Part shown: in pieces, positions 47,498 to 58,101 of the stretch | Layout: the number at the start of each line of letters is the position of its first letter | Numbering within the stretch: the stretch's first letter is position 1 | Assembly: GCA_910589085.1 (NCBI GenBank) | Contig: CAJUSG010000001.1 | Span: 15,708 to 79,707, forward strand | DNA length: 64,000 bases | Source of the DNA: an uncultured Oscillospiraceae bacterium | GTDB taxonomy: Bacteria; Bacillota; Clostridia; Oscillospirales; Oscillospiraceae | Reading direction: 5' to 3' | Notes under the pieces: generated by a model | Databases searched by the model: none | The model's input: the letters and a program-made list of their open reading frames with translations, nothing else | Told to the model about the DNA's origin: nothing | Position numbers and translations under genes: made by a program

Positions 47498-48645
47498 TTG
47501 TCCGATTGGTCCTCCTCGCCAAAGTAGTATCCGCTCTCTGTGGACCGGTTTCTCTGAGGCTTGTCCACACGGCTGCCGTCCGAGGGCGGGGGAGGGGCGG
47601 AACCATTGTTACGGTCCAGATACAGCTTACCGGCTATGCCGCCAGCTACGCACAGAGCCATCAGGAACAGCATAGCACGTACCACGCCGATGGTGGTGAG
47701 CACCACAGCGGAGAGCCCTAAAATAGCGCTGATGATATAGAGCACTGCCACCGCCTGCTTTTGAGAGAATCCCATGTCGATTAATCTGTGGTGGATATGT
47801 CCGCGGTCAGGGGACATCGGCGACTGCCCTTTTGCCACACGCCGCAGGATGGCAAAGCAGGTGTCAAAAATAGGAAGACCCAGCATTAGGAAGGGGACAG
47901 CGAAGGAGATAATGGCATAAAATTTGAACAATCCCTGTATGGAAACGGTGGCCAAAATGAAGCCCAAAAAGGTGGAGCCAGTGTCTCCCATAAAAATTTT
48001 AGCCGGGTTCAGGTTGTAAGGTAAAAACCCTATACATGCTCCGGCCAGAGCGGCCATAAGGATGGCCACATCGGGCTCGGATACGATGAGAGCGATGACC
48101 AGTAAGGTCATGGAGCTGATGGTGGATACCCCGCAGGCCAGGCCATCCAGGCCATCGATCAGATTAACTGAGTTGGTGATTGCTACGATCCACAGCACGG
48201 AGATGGGGATGGACAGCCACCCAAGCTCCCAGAAGGGCTCTTTGCTGAAGATGTTGGGATTGGACAGAAACTCGATGCGGTTGCCCTCCAGAACTGCTAC
48301 TAGCGCAGCCACAATCTGGACCAGAAACTTAGGCAGGGCAGGCAGGGCATAGATGTCATCCAGGATGCCTAAAACTACAATAATAACACTGCCAAGCAGC
48401 ATGCCACGCAGGGAGGGAGTAAGCGTCTGAAAAATCAGCACGCTGAGAATAAATCCGAAAAAGATGGCCAGCCCTCCCATGCGTGGAATGGGGTGGTCAT
48501 GCATTCGCCGGCCGTCCTTCGGAACATCCACCGCTCCCATGCGGACGGCCAATGAACGGACCACAGGGGTGGTAATAAGGGCCACCAGCGCGGCGACCAG
48601 AAGGGCGGCGGCAGCCAGCCCTACAGAGGGAAGTTGGATTGGCAT
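47494..48645 (-). CDS. Undecaprenyl-phosphate GlcNAc-1-phosphate transferase (TagO/WecA)
   Basis: PRMGG, GILDD, NLIDGLDG, FMGDTGS, HIHHRL. Confidence 0.9.
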   Translation of the reverse strand: MPIQLPSVGLAAAALLVAALVALITTPVVRSLAVRMGAVDVPKDGRRMHDHPIPRMGGLAIFFGFILSVLIFQTLTPSLRGMLLGSVIIVVLGILDDIYALPALPKFLVQIVAALVAVLEGNRIEFLSNPNIFSKEPFWELGWLSIPISVLWIVAITNSVNLIDGLDGLACGVSTISSMTLLVIALIVSEPDVAILMAALAGACIGFLPYNLNPAKIFMGDTGSTFLGFILATVSIQGLFKFYAIISFAVPFLMLGLPIFDTCFAILRRVAKGQSPMSPDRGHIHHRLIDMGFSQKQAVAVLYIISAILGLSAVVLTTIGVVRAMLFLMALCVAGGIAGKLYLDRNNGSAPPPPSDGSRVDKPQRNRSTESGYYFGEEDQSDK

Positions 48646-48714
48646 AGTTGAGAACCTCTTTTTATCTATGGGTTACAAGGCGGCAGGGATGAGCCAATGC
48701 TCCTCATATATCTC

Positions 48715-49713
48715 TTACCGGGCCACAAACCCTATCTTTTTGTACACCTTACGCAGCGTTTTGTTGGCCACGTACTCGGCCTTCTCCGCTCCAGCCTTGT
48801 ATACGCCCTCCAGATAGCTCTTGTCGGCCAGCAGATGCTCGGTCTCCTCACGAATGGGACGCAGCGCCTCCACAACGGCTTCCCCTACAGCCGGTTTGAA
48901 TGCTCCGTACCCCTTGCCGTCGAAGTCCGCCTCAATCTCCTCAAAGGTCTTGCCAGTGACAGAGGCGTAGATCTGGACTAGGTTGGAGACGCCCGGCTTC
49001 TCCTTGGGGGCAAAGCGGACACAGCGCTCGGTGTCGCTGTCGGTGACCGCCCGCTTGAATTTACGCATGATTTCCTCGGGCTTGTCCATCAGGATGACGC
49101 AGCCCTCTAGATTGGACTTGCTCATTTTGGAGGTGGGATCATTCAGGCTCATGATCCGGGCGCCGACCTTGGGGATGTGGGGGGCCGGAATTTTAAATAC
49201 ATCGCCATAGATGCCGTTAAACCGCTCGGCAATATCCCGGCAGATCTCCACGTGCTGCTTTTGGTCCTCGCCCACAGGGACAAAATCAGGCTGGTAAAGA
49301 AGGATATCAGCCGCCATAAGGGCGGGGTAGGTGAACAGACCGGCGTTGATATTGTCCTTGTGCTTGGCGGCTTTGTCCTTGAACTGAGTCATACGGCTGA
49401 GCTCGCCGAACATGGTGTAGCAGTCCAACACCCAGCCCAGCTGGGCGTGGGCAGGGACGTGGGACTGTATAAATATGGTGCACTTCTCCGGGTCCAGACC
49501 GCAGGCAATATAGTTGGCCAGCAGTGTGAGCACCCGGCGGCGCAGCTGGGCCGGCTCCTGGCGGACTGTGATGGTGTGCAGATCGGCCAGGAAAAAGTAG
49601 CAGTCAAATTCCTCAATCATCTCGGGCCAGTGGCGCAGAGGCCCCAGGTAGTTGCCCAGGTGAAGCTCCCCGCTGGGCTGGATGCCGGAGAGCATTACTT
49701 TTTTTTCGTCCAT
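48715..49713 (-). CDS. trpS: Tryptophan-tRNA ligase
   Basis: SGIQPSG.LHLGN, YPALMAADI, GEDQKQH, KMSKS. Confidence 0.95.
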   Translation of the reverse strand: MDEKKVMLSGIQPSGELHLGNYLGPLRHWPEMIEEFDCYFFLADLHTITVRQEPAQLRRRVLTLLANYIACGLDPEKCTIFIQSHVPAHAQLGWVLDCYTMFGELSRMTQFKDKAAKHKDNINAGLFTYPALMAADILLYQPDFVPVGEDQKQHVEICRDIAERFNGIYGDVFKIPAPHIPKVGARIMSLNDPTSKMSKSNLEGCVILMDKPEEIMRKFKRAVTDSDTERCVRFAPKEKPGVSNLVQIYASVTGKTFEEIEADFDGKGYGAFKPAVGEAVVEALRPIREETEHLLADKSYLEGVYKAGAEKAEYVANKTLRKVYKKIGFVAR

Positions 49714-49822
49714 GTGATTGGCTCCTTTATTCCAGAACGCTTTGGAAGCGCCCATATAATATCAGTTTATTGTATCACTAACAGAGGCGGAAAGCAATAA
49801 AAATTACCTGATCGTGCCAAAA

Positions 49823-50338
49823 TTAGGGCCGTGAAAATGGGGATACGTCCACGCCCTCCAGCGTGAGCAGGGCAATCTTCTTGTCGATGCCGCCGGCGTA
49901 GCCGGTCAAACTGCCCCCGGTGCCCACAACCCGGTGGCAGGGGATAATCAGCGAGATGGGATTGTGGCCGACCGCACCGCCGACCGCCTGGGGGGACATG
50001 GATGTAAGGTGATTTTCCTTTGCAACCGCTTTGCTGATTTCTCCATAGGTTACGGTCTGTCCATATGGAATTTTCAATAATATATCCCAGACTGCCTGAC
50101 GGAATTTTGTGCCCACAGGGCGCAATCTTGGTGTGAAGTCGGGGGGCCTTTTGCTGTGGAAATACAACTCCAGCCAGCGCCGCGTTTCCTGAAAAATGGG
50201 CAGCTCCTCTGTCTGACAGGTCCTCGGAAGGCCGGCGCCGAAATACTTCTGCCCGTCAAACCACAGGCCGACGATGGCGTCCCCGTCGCTGGCCAGTGTA
50301 ATGCCGCCCAAAGGTGATTGACAGTGATTTACATACAT
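49823..50338 (-). CDS. ogt: Methylated-DNA-protein-cysteine methyltransferase
   Basis: IPCHRV active site. Confidence 0.92.
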   Translation of the reverse strand: MYVNHCQSPLGGITLASDGDAIVGLWFDGQKYFGAGLPRTCQTEELPIFQETRRWLELYFHSKRPPDFTPRLRPVGTKFRQAVWDILLKIPYGQTVTYGEISKAVAKENHLTSMSPQAVGGAVGHNPISLIIPCHRVVGTGGSLTGYAGGIDKKIALLTLEGVDVSPFSRP

Positions 50339-50449
50339 GGTAAACTCCTCCTAAATGTTTTGGCTGATTATATCACAATTACGCTGAAAAAGACAGTCCG
50401 AAAACACTTCAAAAATGCTGTGGAAACGCAGGGGTGAAAGGGGAGTAAG

Positions 50450-50704
50450 ATGTTGTTTTGGTATGTCTATATGCTGCGCTGCGGGGACGGTACGCTGTAT
50501 ACCGGCATTACCGACAATGTGGAGCGCCGTCTGGCCGCCCACCGGGCGGGGAAGGGGGCCAAGTACACCCGCGGCCGTGGCCCGCTGGAGCTGGTCTATC
50601 AAGAGAAAACTCTGGATAAGTCCGCCGCGCTCCGCCGGGAGTATCAGATCAAGCGGCTGACCCGGCAGGAGAAGGAACAGCTGATTCAGAAAGCCTGGAA
50701 ATAG
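50450..50704 (+). CDS. GIY-YIG nuclease (YazA/UPF0213)
   Basis: YVYML.C.DGTLYTG, GAKYTR. Confidence 0.9.
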   Translation: MLFWYVYMLRCGDGTLYTGITDNVERRLAAHRAGKGAKYTRGRGPLELVYQEKTLDKSAALRREYQIKRLTRQEKEQLIQKAWK

Positions 50705-50736
50705 GACCGTCCGGGAAACCGGGCGGTCCTGCTGTC

Positions 50737-52476
50737 TTATTCGTTTCCGGGAAATACGGTCATGCGCTCATTGATATGCAACGCATTTCCGTCGTAGATA
50801 GAGGGTGGGCGCACAGAGTCCAGGTAGGGATTGGGCGGAAGGGGCTGGGCATACTCAATGGTGACGGTGTCCCCCACGTTAAGGGTGACCACTTCCCGGT
50901 TCTGAGCGGCGGAGAGAGAGTAGAAGACTTTCTCGCCTTGAATGCGGATGAAGTAGTAGGAGTTGCCCTCAATGACGGCGGTACGGATCTCGGCTACCTT
51001 TCCCTTTGCCTCAGTTTGGGGCAGCAGTTCCACCCGGGTGATACCCTTTTCGTCCAGCAGCTTGATATAGCTCTGCTCACAGGCGGAGACGGTAGTCCCG
51101 GTGGCTACAATCTGATACTGGGCCACGTTGACCATGGCATAGGTCTTCACCAGGTTGGTGGCGTCCTTCAGGGGGATGAAGTAGGTGGGTTCCCCGGCGA
51201 TATTCAGCAGGATGGGGAAGGTAGCGGTGTACCCCAGGTCCTGAACCACGCCCTGGGCGGAGAGCTTCGCGGCGTACTCGGTGGCGCCGGGTGCGGTGTA
51301 GAAGTGGGTTTCCTTGGTGCGCTGGTTGGTGAGCAGGAAGCCCAGGTTTGACTGGTCGGCGTTGGCGGAGGTGACGCCGGTGTACATATACACATCGTCG
51401 TTCATGGCGATGTAGTTGTATCCGTCGGTTGTGATGGTCACGTCCCGCTGGCCCAGAATGGAGTTGATGAAGCCGTGGACCAGAGTACCGTGGTAATCGT
51501 ACTGCTGCATGATAAGCTCGGGGACATAGAGGGTATCTACCCAGTTGGGCACCTCCTCATAATATTGACTTTCGCCGGTGATGGCGTCTACCAGCACCGC
51601 ACCCTGGATATCTGTGCCGCCGAACAGTCCGATTCGCTTAACCACCCGAGGGGCGATCCACCAGGGACGGCCGTCTTCGTCGATCTCAAACTCCGGGGTG
51701 GCAAACATCATGGTAGGGTATTGGAAGCGCAGGTGGCGCAGAATATTCCGGTTCAGGGGCTCGGAGAAGGAGTATTTGATCCCCTCGCTCAGACGGGTGA
51801 CCGTGGCCTCCTGGGTTACCATGTCCACGACCACGTAGGCGGGCAGTCCGTTGCCGCGGTTGGTAAACCATTTGATAAGATCCGCGTAGGCGATAGGGGC
51901 TACCCGGACAGGTCTGCCTTGGTAGTTGATCTGGGTGGAGTCGCCGGAATATTCAAACTGGCTCACCATGTCGCTGAGGGTTCCCATCTGGCGGTCGCCC
52001 AAATACTCCGCAGAGGCCCGGTCCAGGGTGGGAATCTTATTAAAAGATATTTCCGCAATATCGGTGGCGAAGTCGCCGGTTTGGACGGTGAGCAGCTCCC
52101 GATAAGCGGAGGCCCGGAAGATGGGCATGGAGATGATCTGGCCCACAATAGCCACCGCTACCACAGCGGCGAAGAGAATCAGTACCGGCAGACAGCTCTT
52201 CTTGACAAACAGGAACCAGTCTTTGATCTTTTCCCTGGGGGTGCGTACCACAGAGTATTCCCCATTGTCCAAGGGCTTTGCGGACAGGACAAAGACACTG
52301 ATGGTATAGACAATGCACAGCAGGGCCAGAAAGCTGTAGAAGTCGCCGGATTGGGGGTTGATGGCGGGCAGAGATACATAGAAATACACAAAGCCTACCA
52401 CAGCCGTGACGACCAGGCTCACCAGCAGACTGCCGGCCCGGCCCATAGGCTTTCGGGTCTTATTTTCTTTCTTCAA
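50737..52476 (-). CDS. Conserved membrane protein of unknown function
   Basis: Three N-terminal TM helices and a large extracellular domain; RBS gaggag, TTG start; highly biased codon usage. Confidence 0.7.
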   Translation of the reverse strand: MKKENKTRKPMGRAGSLLVSLVVTAVVGFVYFYVSLPAINPQSGDFYSFLALLCIVYTISVFVLSAKPLDNGEYSVVRTPREKIKDWFLFVKKSCLPVLILFAAVVAVAIVGQIISMPIFRASAYRELLTVQTGDFATDIAEISFNKIPTLDRASAEYLGDRQMGTLSDMVSQFEYSGDSTQINYQGRPVRVAPIAYADLIKWFTNRGNGLPAYVVVDMVTQEATVTRLSEGIKYSFSEPLNRNILRHLRFQYPTMMFATPEFEIDEDGRPWWIAPRVVKRIGLFGGTDIQGAVLVDAITGESQYYEEVPNWVDTLYVPELIMQQYDYHGTLVHGFINSILGQRDVTITTDGYNYIAMNDDVYMYTGVTSANADQSNLGFLLTNQRTKETHFYTAPGATEYAAKLSAQGVVQDLGYTATFPILLNIAGEPTYFIPLKDATNLVKTYAMVNVAQYQIVATGTTVSACEQSYIKLLDEKGITRVELLPQTEAKGKVAEIRTAVIEGNSYYFIRIQGEKVFYSLSAAQNREVVTLNVGDTVTIEYAQPLPPNPYLDSVRPPSIYDGNALHINERMTVFPGNE

Positions 52477-52692
52477 ATGAAAGCTCCTCTCTAATGTTTG
52501 TAGGGATGTTCTGGAATCATCCGCTGACGCTGTCATCCAAGCGGTCAGGGGAGGCCTGAATGGGGTGTTTTATATAGCATATACGCTTTTTCTAAAAAAA
52601 GCAATGAACAGAAGATTAAATTTTAAAAGACTTGCAAAACTGGGAAAAATTCACTATAATAGGGAAAACCTGTGTACTGGAGGAGAATAAGC

Positions 52693-54177
52693 ATGACACT
52701 TGACATGAAGTATTTTGAGGAGATGGAGGCCAAGATACCCAAAGGTAAGGTGCGCACCCGGTTTGCGCCATCCCCCACGGGCTACATGCATGTGGGCAAC
52801 CTGCGCACCGCGCTGTACACCTGGCTAATTGCACGAAACGCCGGGGGCACCTTCATCCTGCGCATTGAGGACACCGACCAGGGCCGCCTGGTGGAGGGCG
52901 CTACCGATGTGATCTACAAGACCCTGACAGAATGCCGCCTGGACCACGACGAGGGCCCCGACGTGGGCGGTCCTGTGGCCCCCTATATTCAGTCGGAGCG
53001 GCGGGACACCTATGGCAGGTATGCCCGTCTGCTGGTAGAAAAGGGACAGGCCTATTACTGTTTTTGCGAGAAGGGAGATAGCGCCGAGGACGCTGGAGAC
53101 TTTGAAAAGACAGCGGATCCCTGCCGCACGTTATCCTTTGAGGAGGCCCAGGCCCGCGTGGATGCCGGAGAGCCCTATGTCATCCGCCAGCGTATCCCGG
53201 AGGAGGGGATCACCACCTTCCATGATGCCATCTTCGGAGAGATTACCGTGGAGAACAAGACCCTGGACGACCAGGTACTCATAAAAAGGGACGGTATGCC
53301 CACCTACAACTTTGCCAATGTCATCGACGACCACCTGATGGGCATCACCCACGTGGTCCGGGGCAGCGAGTACCTGTCCTCCGCACCCAAGTACAATTTG
53401 CTGTATGAGGGCTTCGGCTGGGAGGTGCCCACCTATGTCCACTGCTCTCCCGTCATGCGGGACGCCCACAATAAGATGTCAAAGCGCCACGGCGACCCGT
53501 CCTACGAGGACCTGAAGGAACAGGGCTTCCTCACCGACGCCATTTTGAACTATGTGGCCCTCTTAGGCTGGTCTCCCCGGGGCGATATCGCCGAGCAGGA
53601 GGTCTTCTCCCTGGACGAACTAGCGAAGGCCTTTGATCTGGCGGGCATGTCCAAATCTCCCGCCATTTTCGATATTGAAAAGCTGACCCACTTTAACGCG
53701 CTCTATCTTCGGGCCATGGCCCCGGAGGACTTTGCAAAGGCTGCGGAGCCTTATATCAGAAGCGCTGTAAAGGGTGAGCACCTGTCGGTAGGGGAGATTG
53801 CCGCGCTGCTCCAGGCCCGGTGTGAGAAGCTCACTGACATCCCGGAGAAGGTGGCCTTTTTCCAGGAGCTGCCCGAGTACAGCGCCGATCTGTTTACTAA
53901 CAAGAAGTCCAAAACAAATCCGGAGGTATCCAAGGCCATGCTGGAGGCTGCCATTCCTATGTTGGAGAGGATAACGGAATGGAGCCAGGATGCCATTCAT
54001 GACGGTCTGGTGGCTTTGGCTGAAAAGCTGGAGGTAAAGAATGCTACTCTCATGTGGCCGGTGCGCATTGCTACTGCCGGTCAGGCTGTCACTCCCGGCG
54101 GAGCGGTGGAAATCTGCCATATTCTGGGACGGGATGAGACCCTGCGCCGTCTTCGGCTTGGGCTGGATAAGCTGTAA
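52693..54177 (+). CDS. gltX: Glutamate-tRNA ligase
   Basis: RFAPSPTG, HVGN, RIEDTD, KMSKR. Confidence 0.96.
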   Translation: MTLDMKYFEEMEAKIPKGKVRTRFAPSPTGYMHVGNLRTALYTWLIARNAGGTFILRIEDTDQGRLVEGATDVIYKTLTECRLDHDEGPDVGGPVAPYIQSERRDTYGRYARLLVEKGQAYYCFCEKGDSAEDAGDFEKTADPCRTLSFEEAQARVDAGEPYVIRQRIPEEGITTFHDAIFGEITVENKTLDDQVLIKRDGMPTYNFANVIDDHLMGITHVVRGSEYLSSAPKYNLLYEGFGWEVPTYVHCSPVMRDAHNKMSKRHGDPSYEDLKEQGFLTDAILNYVALLGWSPRGDIAEQEVFSLDELAKAFDLAGMSKSPAIFDIEKLTHFNALYLRAMAPEDFAKAAEPYIRSAVKGEHLSVGEIAALLQARCEKLTDIPEKVAFFQELPEYSADLFTNKKSKTNPEVSKAMLEAAIPMLERITEWSQDAIHDGLVALAEKLEVKNATLMWPVRIATAGQAVTPGGAVEICHILGRDETLRRLRLGLDKL

Positions 54178-54195
54178 ATGATTTAAACTTTACAC

Positions 54196-54233
54196 AAGGG
54201 CAAGGCTTCCGCTCAGCGGAAGCCTTGCCCTTT
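54196..54233. terminator. Terminator between convergent genes
   Basis: 17-bp stem aagggcaaggcttccgc/gcggaagccttgccctt. Confidence 0.75.
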
Positions 54234-54241
54234 CAGCAATC

Positions 54242-54607
54242 CTATTTCATTTCGTCGCTGCCGTCGTCATGAAATGTATTTTTTATCAGCAGATCAATCA
54301 TAAATACTGATACGCAGAATAGCACCATCTGGCCTACGATGAGCCACATCCAGAAAGCGGAATAGTTCTCCCGAAAGAGAATCATCAAAAAGGCGCTGGC
54401 TCCGCCGCTGATGATTCCAGTGCGCATCCAGAGCCTGGAGCAGTGTCGATGAGCCATCTGCCAAGCGTCCGGGTTATTCCGTGTCAATTCAGTACTGTAG
54501 GCCAACCCCTTAGACCGGTAGGGGGGAGGAGATATTTTCCACTTCAGTCCGACAATCAGCATAGCTGCCGGGGCCAGCATAACAACGATAAAATAGAGTG
54601 TGTACAT
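54242..54607 (-). CDS. SdpI-like membrane protein
   Basis: PP...LAY.T..T..N.DAW..AH pattern, three TM helices. Confidence 0.6.
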   Translation of the reverse strand: MYTLYFIVVMLAPAAMLIVGLKWKISPPPYRSKGLAYSTELTRNNPDAWQMAHRHCSRLWMRTGIISGGASAFLMILFRENYSAFWMWLIVGQMVLFCVSVFMIDLLIKNTFHDDGSDEMK

Positions 54608-54622
54608 AGCTATAACCTCGCT

Positions 54623-55618
54623 TTACTCTGATTCCTTCTCTTGCTTCGATTTTTTCCGTTGACGGACGCCCCCCAGCGGGTTGGCCTTTGCGGCGGTACG
54701 CAGGTCTTCATTGTCCACATGGGTGTAGATTTGTGTGGTATTCAGGTGATCGTGGCCCAGTACCTCCTGAAGGGTGCGCACATCAACGCCGTTTTGGAGC
54801 ATGAGAGTTGCGGCTGTATGCCGCAGCTTGTGGGATGAGTACTGTGTACTGTCCAATCCGGCGGCAGAGAGGTGCTTTTTCACCAGCTTGTGGACCGCCG
54901 CAGTGGAGATTCTCCGCCGGTTTTGGAGGGTGACAAACAGAGCGTTCTGGTCCACCAGTGTCATGGCGCTTCGCTCGTCAAGCCAGTCTGTCAGCGCTCT
55001 CTGGCAGGCATCATTAAGATACAGCATCCGCTCCTTGTTGCCCTTGCCGAGTACGCGAAGCTGATCTCCTCGAACGTCTGTTATATTTAAGCCGACCAAC
55101 TCAGAAATACGCAGGCCGCAGTTGAGAAACAGGGTAAGAATACAGTAGTCCCGATTGGAGTTTTTACCGTCTACATTGTCCAAAAGGTCCATACTTTCCT
55201 CTAAATTTAAGTATTTTGGCAGAGATTTCTTCAATCTGGGCGAGTCCAAATCCTGGACAGGATTGGTCTCCAGCAGCTTGGCCTTGTTGGTGAGGTATTT
55301 GTAAAAGGACCGGATGGTGGCGACCTTGCGGGCTCGGGATGTGTTGTTCAAACCGCGGTCTCTGGACAGATAGTTCATATAGGAATAGATATCTGTCAGT
55401 GTGACATCCCGAACCAGCGGAAGATCAACGTCAGCGATGGAGATATCGTCCAGCGGGGCGTTCTGAGAAACCAGGTTTTTGTTCTGCTTGAGGAAACGGA
55501 AAAAATTTCGCAGGTCTAAATAGTACTCGTCAACTGTCCGATGGGAATGTCCCTGGATGGTCTCGTGATAGACCAGGAAATCCCGCAAAATGGGCGGCGC
55601 CTCGGTACGGTAGTCCAT
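54623..55618 (-). CDS. xerC: Xer-family tyrosine recombinase
   Basis: GLRISE, GKGNKER, HKLRH, LGH, TTQIYTH; exact Xer subfamily uncertain. Confidence 0.85.
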   Translation of the reverse strand: MDYRTEAPPILRDFLVYHETIQGHSHRTVDEYYLDLRNFFRFLKQNKNLVSQNAPLDDISIADVDLPLVRDVTLTDIYSYMNYLSRDRGLNNTSRARKVATIRSFYKYLTNKAKLLETNPVQDLDSPRLKKSLPKYLNLEESMDLLDNVDGKNSNRDYCILTLFLNCGLRISELVGLNITDVRGDQLRVLGKGNKERMLYLNDACQRALTDWLDERSAMTLVDQNALFVTLQNRRRISTAAVHKLVKKHLSAAGLDSTQYSSHKLRHTAATLMLQNGVDVRTLQEVLGHDHLNTTQIYTHVDNEDLRTAAKANPLGGVRQRKKSKQEKESE

Positions 55619-55755
55619 AAATGATTCGAAGCCCCCAAAATCAGGCTTCAGCCTCCACTCAGGTAAACAAAATTTTTATTTTGTTGACCTGATGATCTGA
55701 GCTGTTTTGAGGGACTGTCGTTCCCCCTTTCTTCTATTTGAGGAAATTTTTAAGT

Positions 55756-55784
55756 AGTATAACACGATTCCTCAGCTTGGTCAA
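55756..55784 (-). promoter_or_regulatory. Sigma-A promoter of the xer gene
   Basis: TTGACC-17-TATACT. Confidence 0.65.
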
Positions 55785-55855
55785 TAAAACTGTATCCCGC
55801 AAATATTGAGGGAGAGGCGCTTTGCACCTCTCCCCTTATATAGTACCTTGCGCAA

Positions 55856-56308
55856 TCACATTAGAGCACGTTTAAAGTCCTCATACATCTCAAATACAAT
55901 TTTTAAAATCTCTTCCAAATCCTCATACGTTCCAAAAACCGGATTTTTGATGCGGTAGTTCACCAACCGTCTGGAATACGTACTCCAAGGAGCACCAAGG
56001 AGCAGGACGCCGTTCTCTTTCACCACCCAGACCAGTTCAGCAATGCCGCCCCGCAGGATAATGTGGATATTAAATGTGTCGTTTCCGATGTGCTCTTCTT
56101 TGATTCTGTAAAATTTTTCTTTGGTGTTAAACTGCGGCGAATATCCCGCCGCCCGGATCATCGCCATCACTTCTTCCCCATCCATATAAATTAAGCGGTC
56201 ATCCGGCGGTGTTTTGGCAGCGCTGAAGCGGGCGGATAATTTTTCATACCGCTCAACAAAGTTGATTTTCAGCAAGGCAGCTTTTATTTTGGGGTTCAAT
56301 TCAGCCAT
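55856..56308 (-). CDS. Hypothetical protein (AT-rich, possible orphan immunity protein)
   Basis: 150-aa ORF with lower GC than its neighbours. Confidence 0.6.
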   Translation of the reverse strand: MAELNPKIKAALLKINFVERYEKLSARFSAAKTPPDDRLIYMDGEEVMAMIRAAGYSPQFNTKEKFYRIKEEHIGNDTFNIHIILRGGIAELVWVVKENGVLLLGAPWSTYSRRLVNYRIKNPVFGTYEDLEEILKIVFEMYEDFKRALM

Positions 56309-56369
56309 TATATTTCACATCCCCAATAGTTTACGGGGCCCAAACCTGGGCCCCGTTTCGTCCCTTACA

Positions 56370-56834
56370 CTAAGCAGTCCAGATATGCACTACCGGCTTT
56401 CCGGTCTGCCCTGCATACTGACATAGCTCAATTAAATCCTTCACTGCGGCCACCGCCTCCGGCGGCGGGGATTTGACCTCCGGATCGTATGCTCTCATCG
56501 CCTGGAACCACGCCTCTGTCAGCGCATTGGCCTTTTGGGGATCAATGGCGGCTATATACTGCTCCCACTCCTCGGAGACGATGAAAAATCCCCGGTCCTC
56601 CGCATCGAAGTAGCAGGTCAATCCCTCACGAAACGGGACTGCCTTATGGGAGGAAAAGGCGGTCGCACATTCCGACAGAGTTTGCAGATCTCTGGGAATC
56701 AGATGCAGGGAAAAATCTGCTTTTCGGGCCATCCGCTGATTTAATGTCTGATAATCCGCCGCTTCCAGAGCATCCAGCATATTTTTTGTGTCATCCGTCT
56801 GACTGCCCGCACAGAAAATGAAAGAAAGTCCCAT
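56370..56834 (-). CDS. Hypothetical protein
   Basis: RBS aaggaggag immediately after tyrS. Confidence 0.65.
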   Translation of the reverse strand: MGLSFIFCAGSQTDDTKNMLDALEAADYQTLNQRMARKADFSLHLIPRDLQTLSECATAFSSHKAVPFREGLTCYFDAEDRGFFIVSEEWEQYIAAIDPQKANALTEAWFQAMRAYDPEVKSPPPEAVAAVKDLIELCQYAGQTGKPVVHIWTA

Positions 56835-56854
56835 AAAAGCTCCTCCTTATTCCA

Positions 56855-58078
56855 TTACATATGGGCTCGATGGTATACCTTTTTACCCTTTTTCACCATC
56901 AGGCCGTCCCCGGACAGGTCGGCGGCGGTATAGCTGACGGTTGCGGCATCCACCTTCTCGCCGTTGACCTCTACCCCGCCCTGCTCCACCAGGCGGCGGG
57001 CCTCCTTCTTGGAGGGCGCCAGCTTGCACTTGACCATCAGGTCCAGCACGCCGATGGAGCCGTCGATGAGGTCGTCGGCAGAAATCTGAGTAGCGGGCAC
57101 GTTGGACATGTCGCCGCCCCCTACGAACAGAGCTTTTGCGGCCTCCTGAGCCTTGACAGCTTCCTCCTCCCCGTGGACCAGCTTGGTCAGCTCGAAGGCC
57201 AGAATCTCCTTGGCGGTGTTCAGCTGGCTGCCCTCCCACTTGTCCATCTCATCGATCTGCTCCAAGGGCAGGAAGGTGAGCATCCGCAGACACTTGAGCA
57301 CATCGCCATCCCCCACGTTGCGCCAGTACTGGTAGAACTCGTAGGGAGAGGTCTTGTTGGGGTCCAGCCAGACAGCGCCCTTGGCGGTCTTGCCCATCTT
57401 CTTGCCCTCGGAGTTGAGCAGCAGGGTGATCGTCATGGCGTGGGCGTCCTTGCCCAGCTTGCGGCGGATGAGCTCGGTGCCGCCCAGCATATTGGACCAC
57501 TGGTCGTCGCCCCCGAACTGCATATTACAGCCATAGTTCTGGAACAGGTAGTAGAAGTCGTAGGACTGCATAATCATATAGTTAAACTCCAGGAAGGACA
57601 GGCCCTTCTCCATGCGCTGCTTGTAGCACTCGGCCCGAAGCATGTTGTTCACCGAGAAACAGGCCCCCACATCCCGCAGAACCTCAATATAATTCAGCTT
57701 CATCAGCCAGTCGGCGTTGTTAATCATCATAGCCTTGCCGTCGCCGAACTCAATAAACCGCTCCATCTGCTTCTTGAAGCAGTCGCAGTTGTGGCAGATG
57801 GTCTCCTCGGTCATCATGGAGCGCATGTCGGTGCGGCCGGAGGGGTCGCCGATCATGCCGGTGCCTCCGCCGATGAGGGCGATGGGTCGGTTGCCCGCCA
57901 TCTGCAGCCGCTTCATCAGGCACAGGGCCATGAAGTGGCCCACATGGAGGGAATCGGCGGTGGGGTCGAAGCCGATGTAAAATACCGCCTTCCCCTCGTT
58001 AATCATCTTGGAAATTTCTTCCTCATTGGTCACCTGGGCGATAAGCCCGCGGGCCTTCAGTTCTTCATAACAGGTCAT
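56855..58078 (-). CDS. tyrS: Tyrosine-tRNA ligase
   Basis: [29 protein letters not shown]4 domain. Confidence 0.96.
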   Translation of the reverse strand: MTCYEELKARGLIAQVTNEEEISKMINEGKAVFYIGFDPTADSLHVGHFMALCLMKRLQMAGNRPIALIGGGTGMIGDPSGRTDMRSMMTEETICHNCDCFKKQMERFIEFGDGKAMMINNADWLMKLNYIEVLRDVGACFSVNNMLRAECYKQRMEKGLSFLEFNYMIMQSYDFYYLFQNYGCNMQFGGDDQWSNMLGGTELIRRKLGKDAHAMTITLLLNSEGKKMGKTAKGAVWLDPNKTSPYEFYQYWRNVGDGDVLKCLRMLTFLPLEQIDEMDKWEGSQLNTAKEILAFELTKLVHGEEEAVKAQEAAKALFVGGGDMSNVPATQISADDLIDGSIGVLDLMVKCKLAPSKKEARRLVEQGGVEVNGEKVDAATVSYTAADLSGDGLMVKKGKKVYHRAHM

Positions 58079-58101
58079 GTTGTTGTCTCTCCTTTATCAT
58101 T

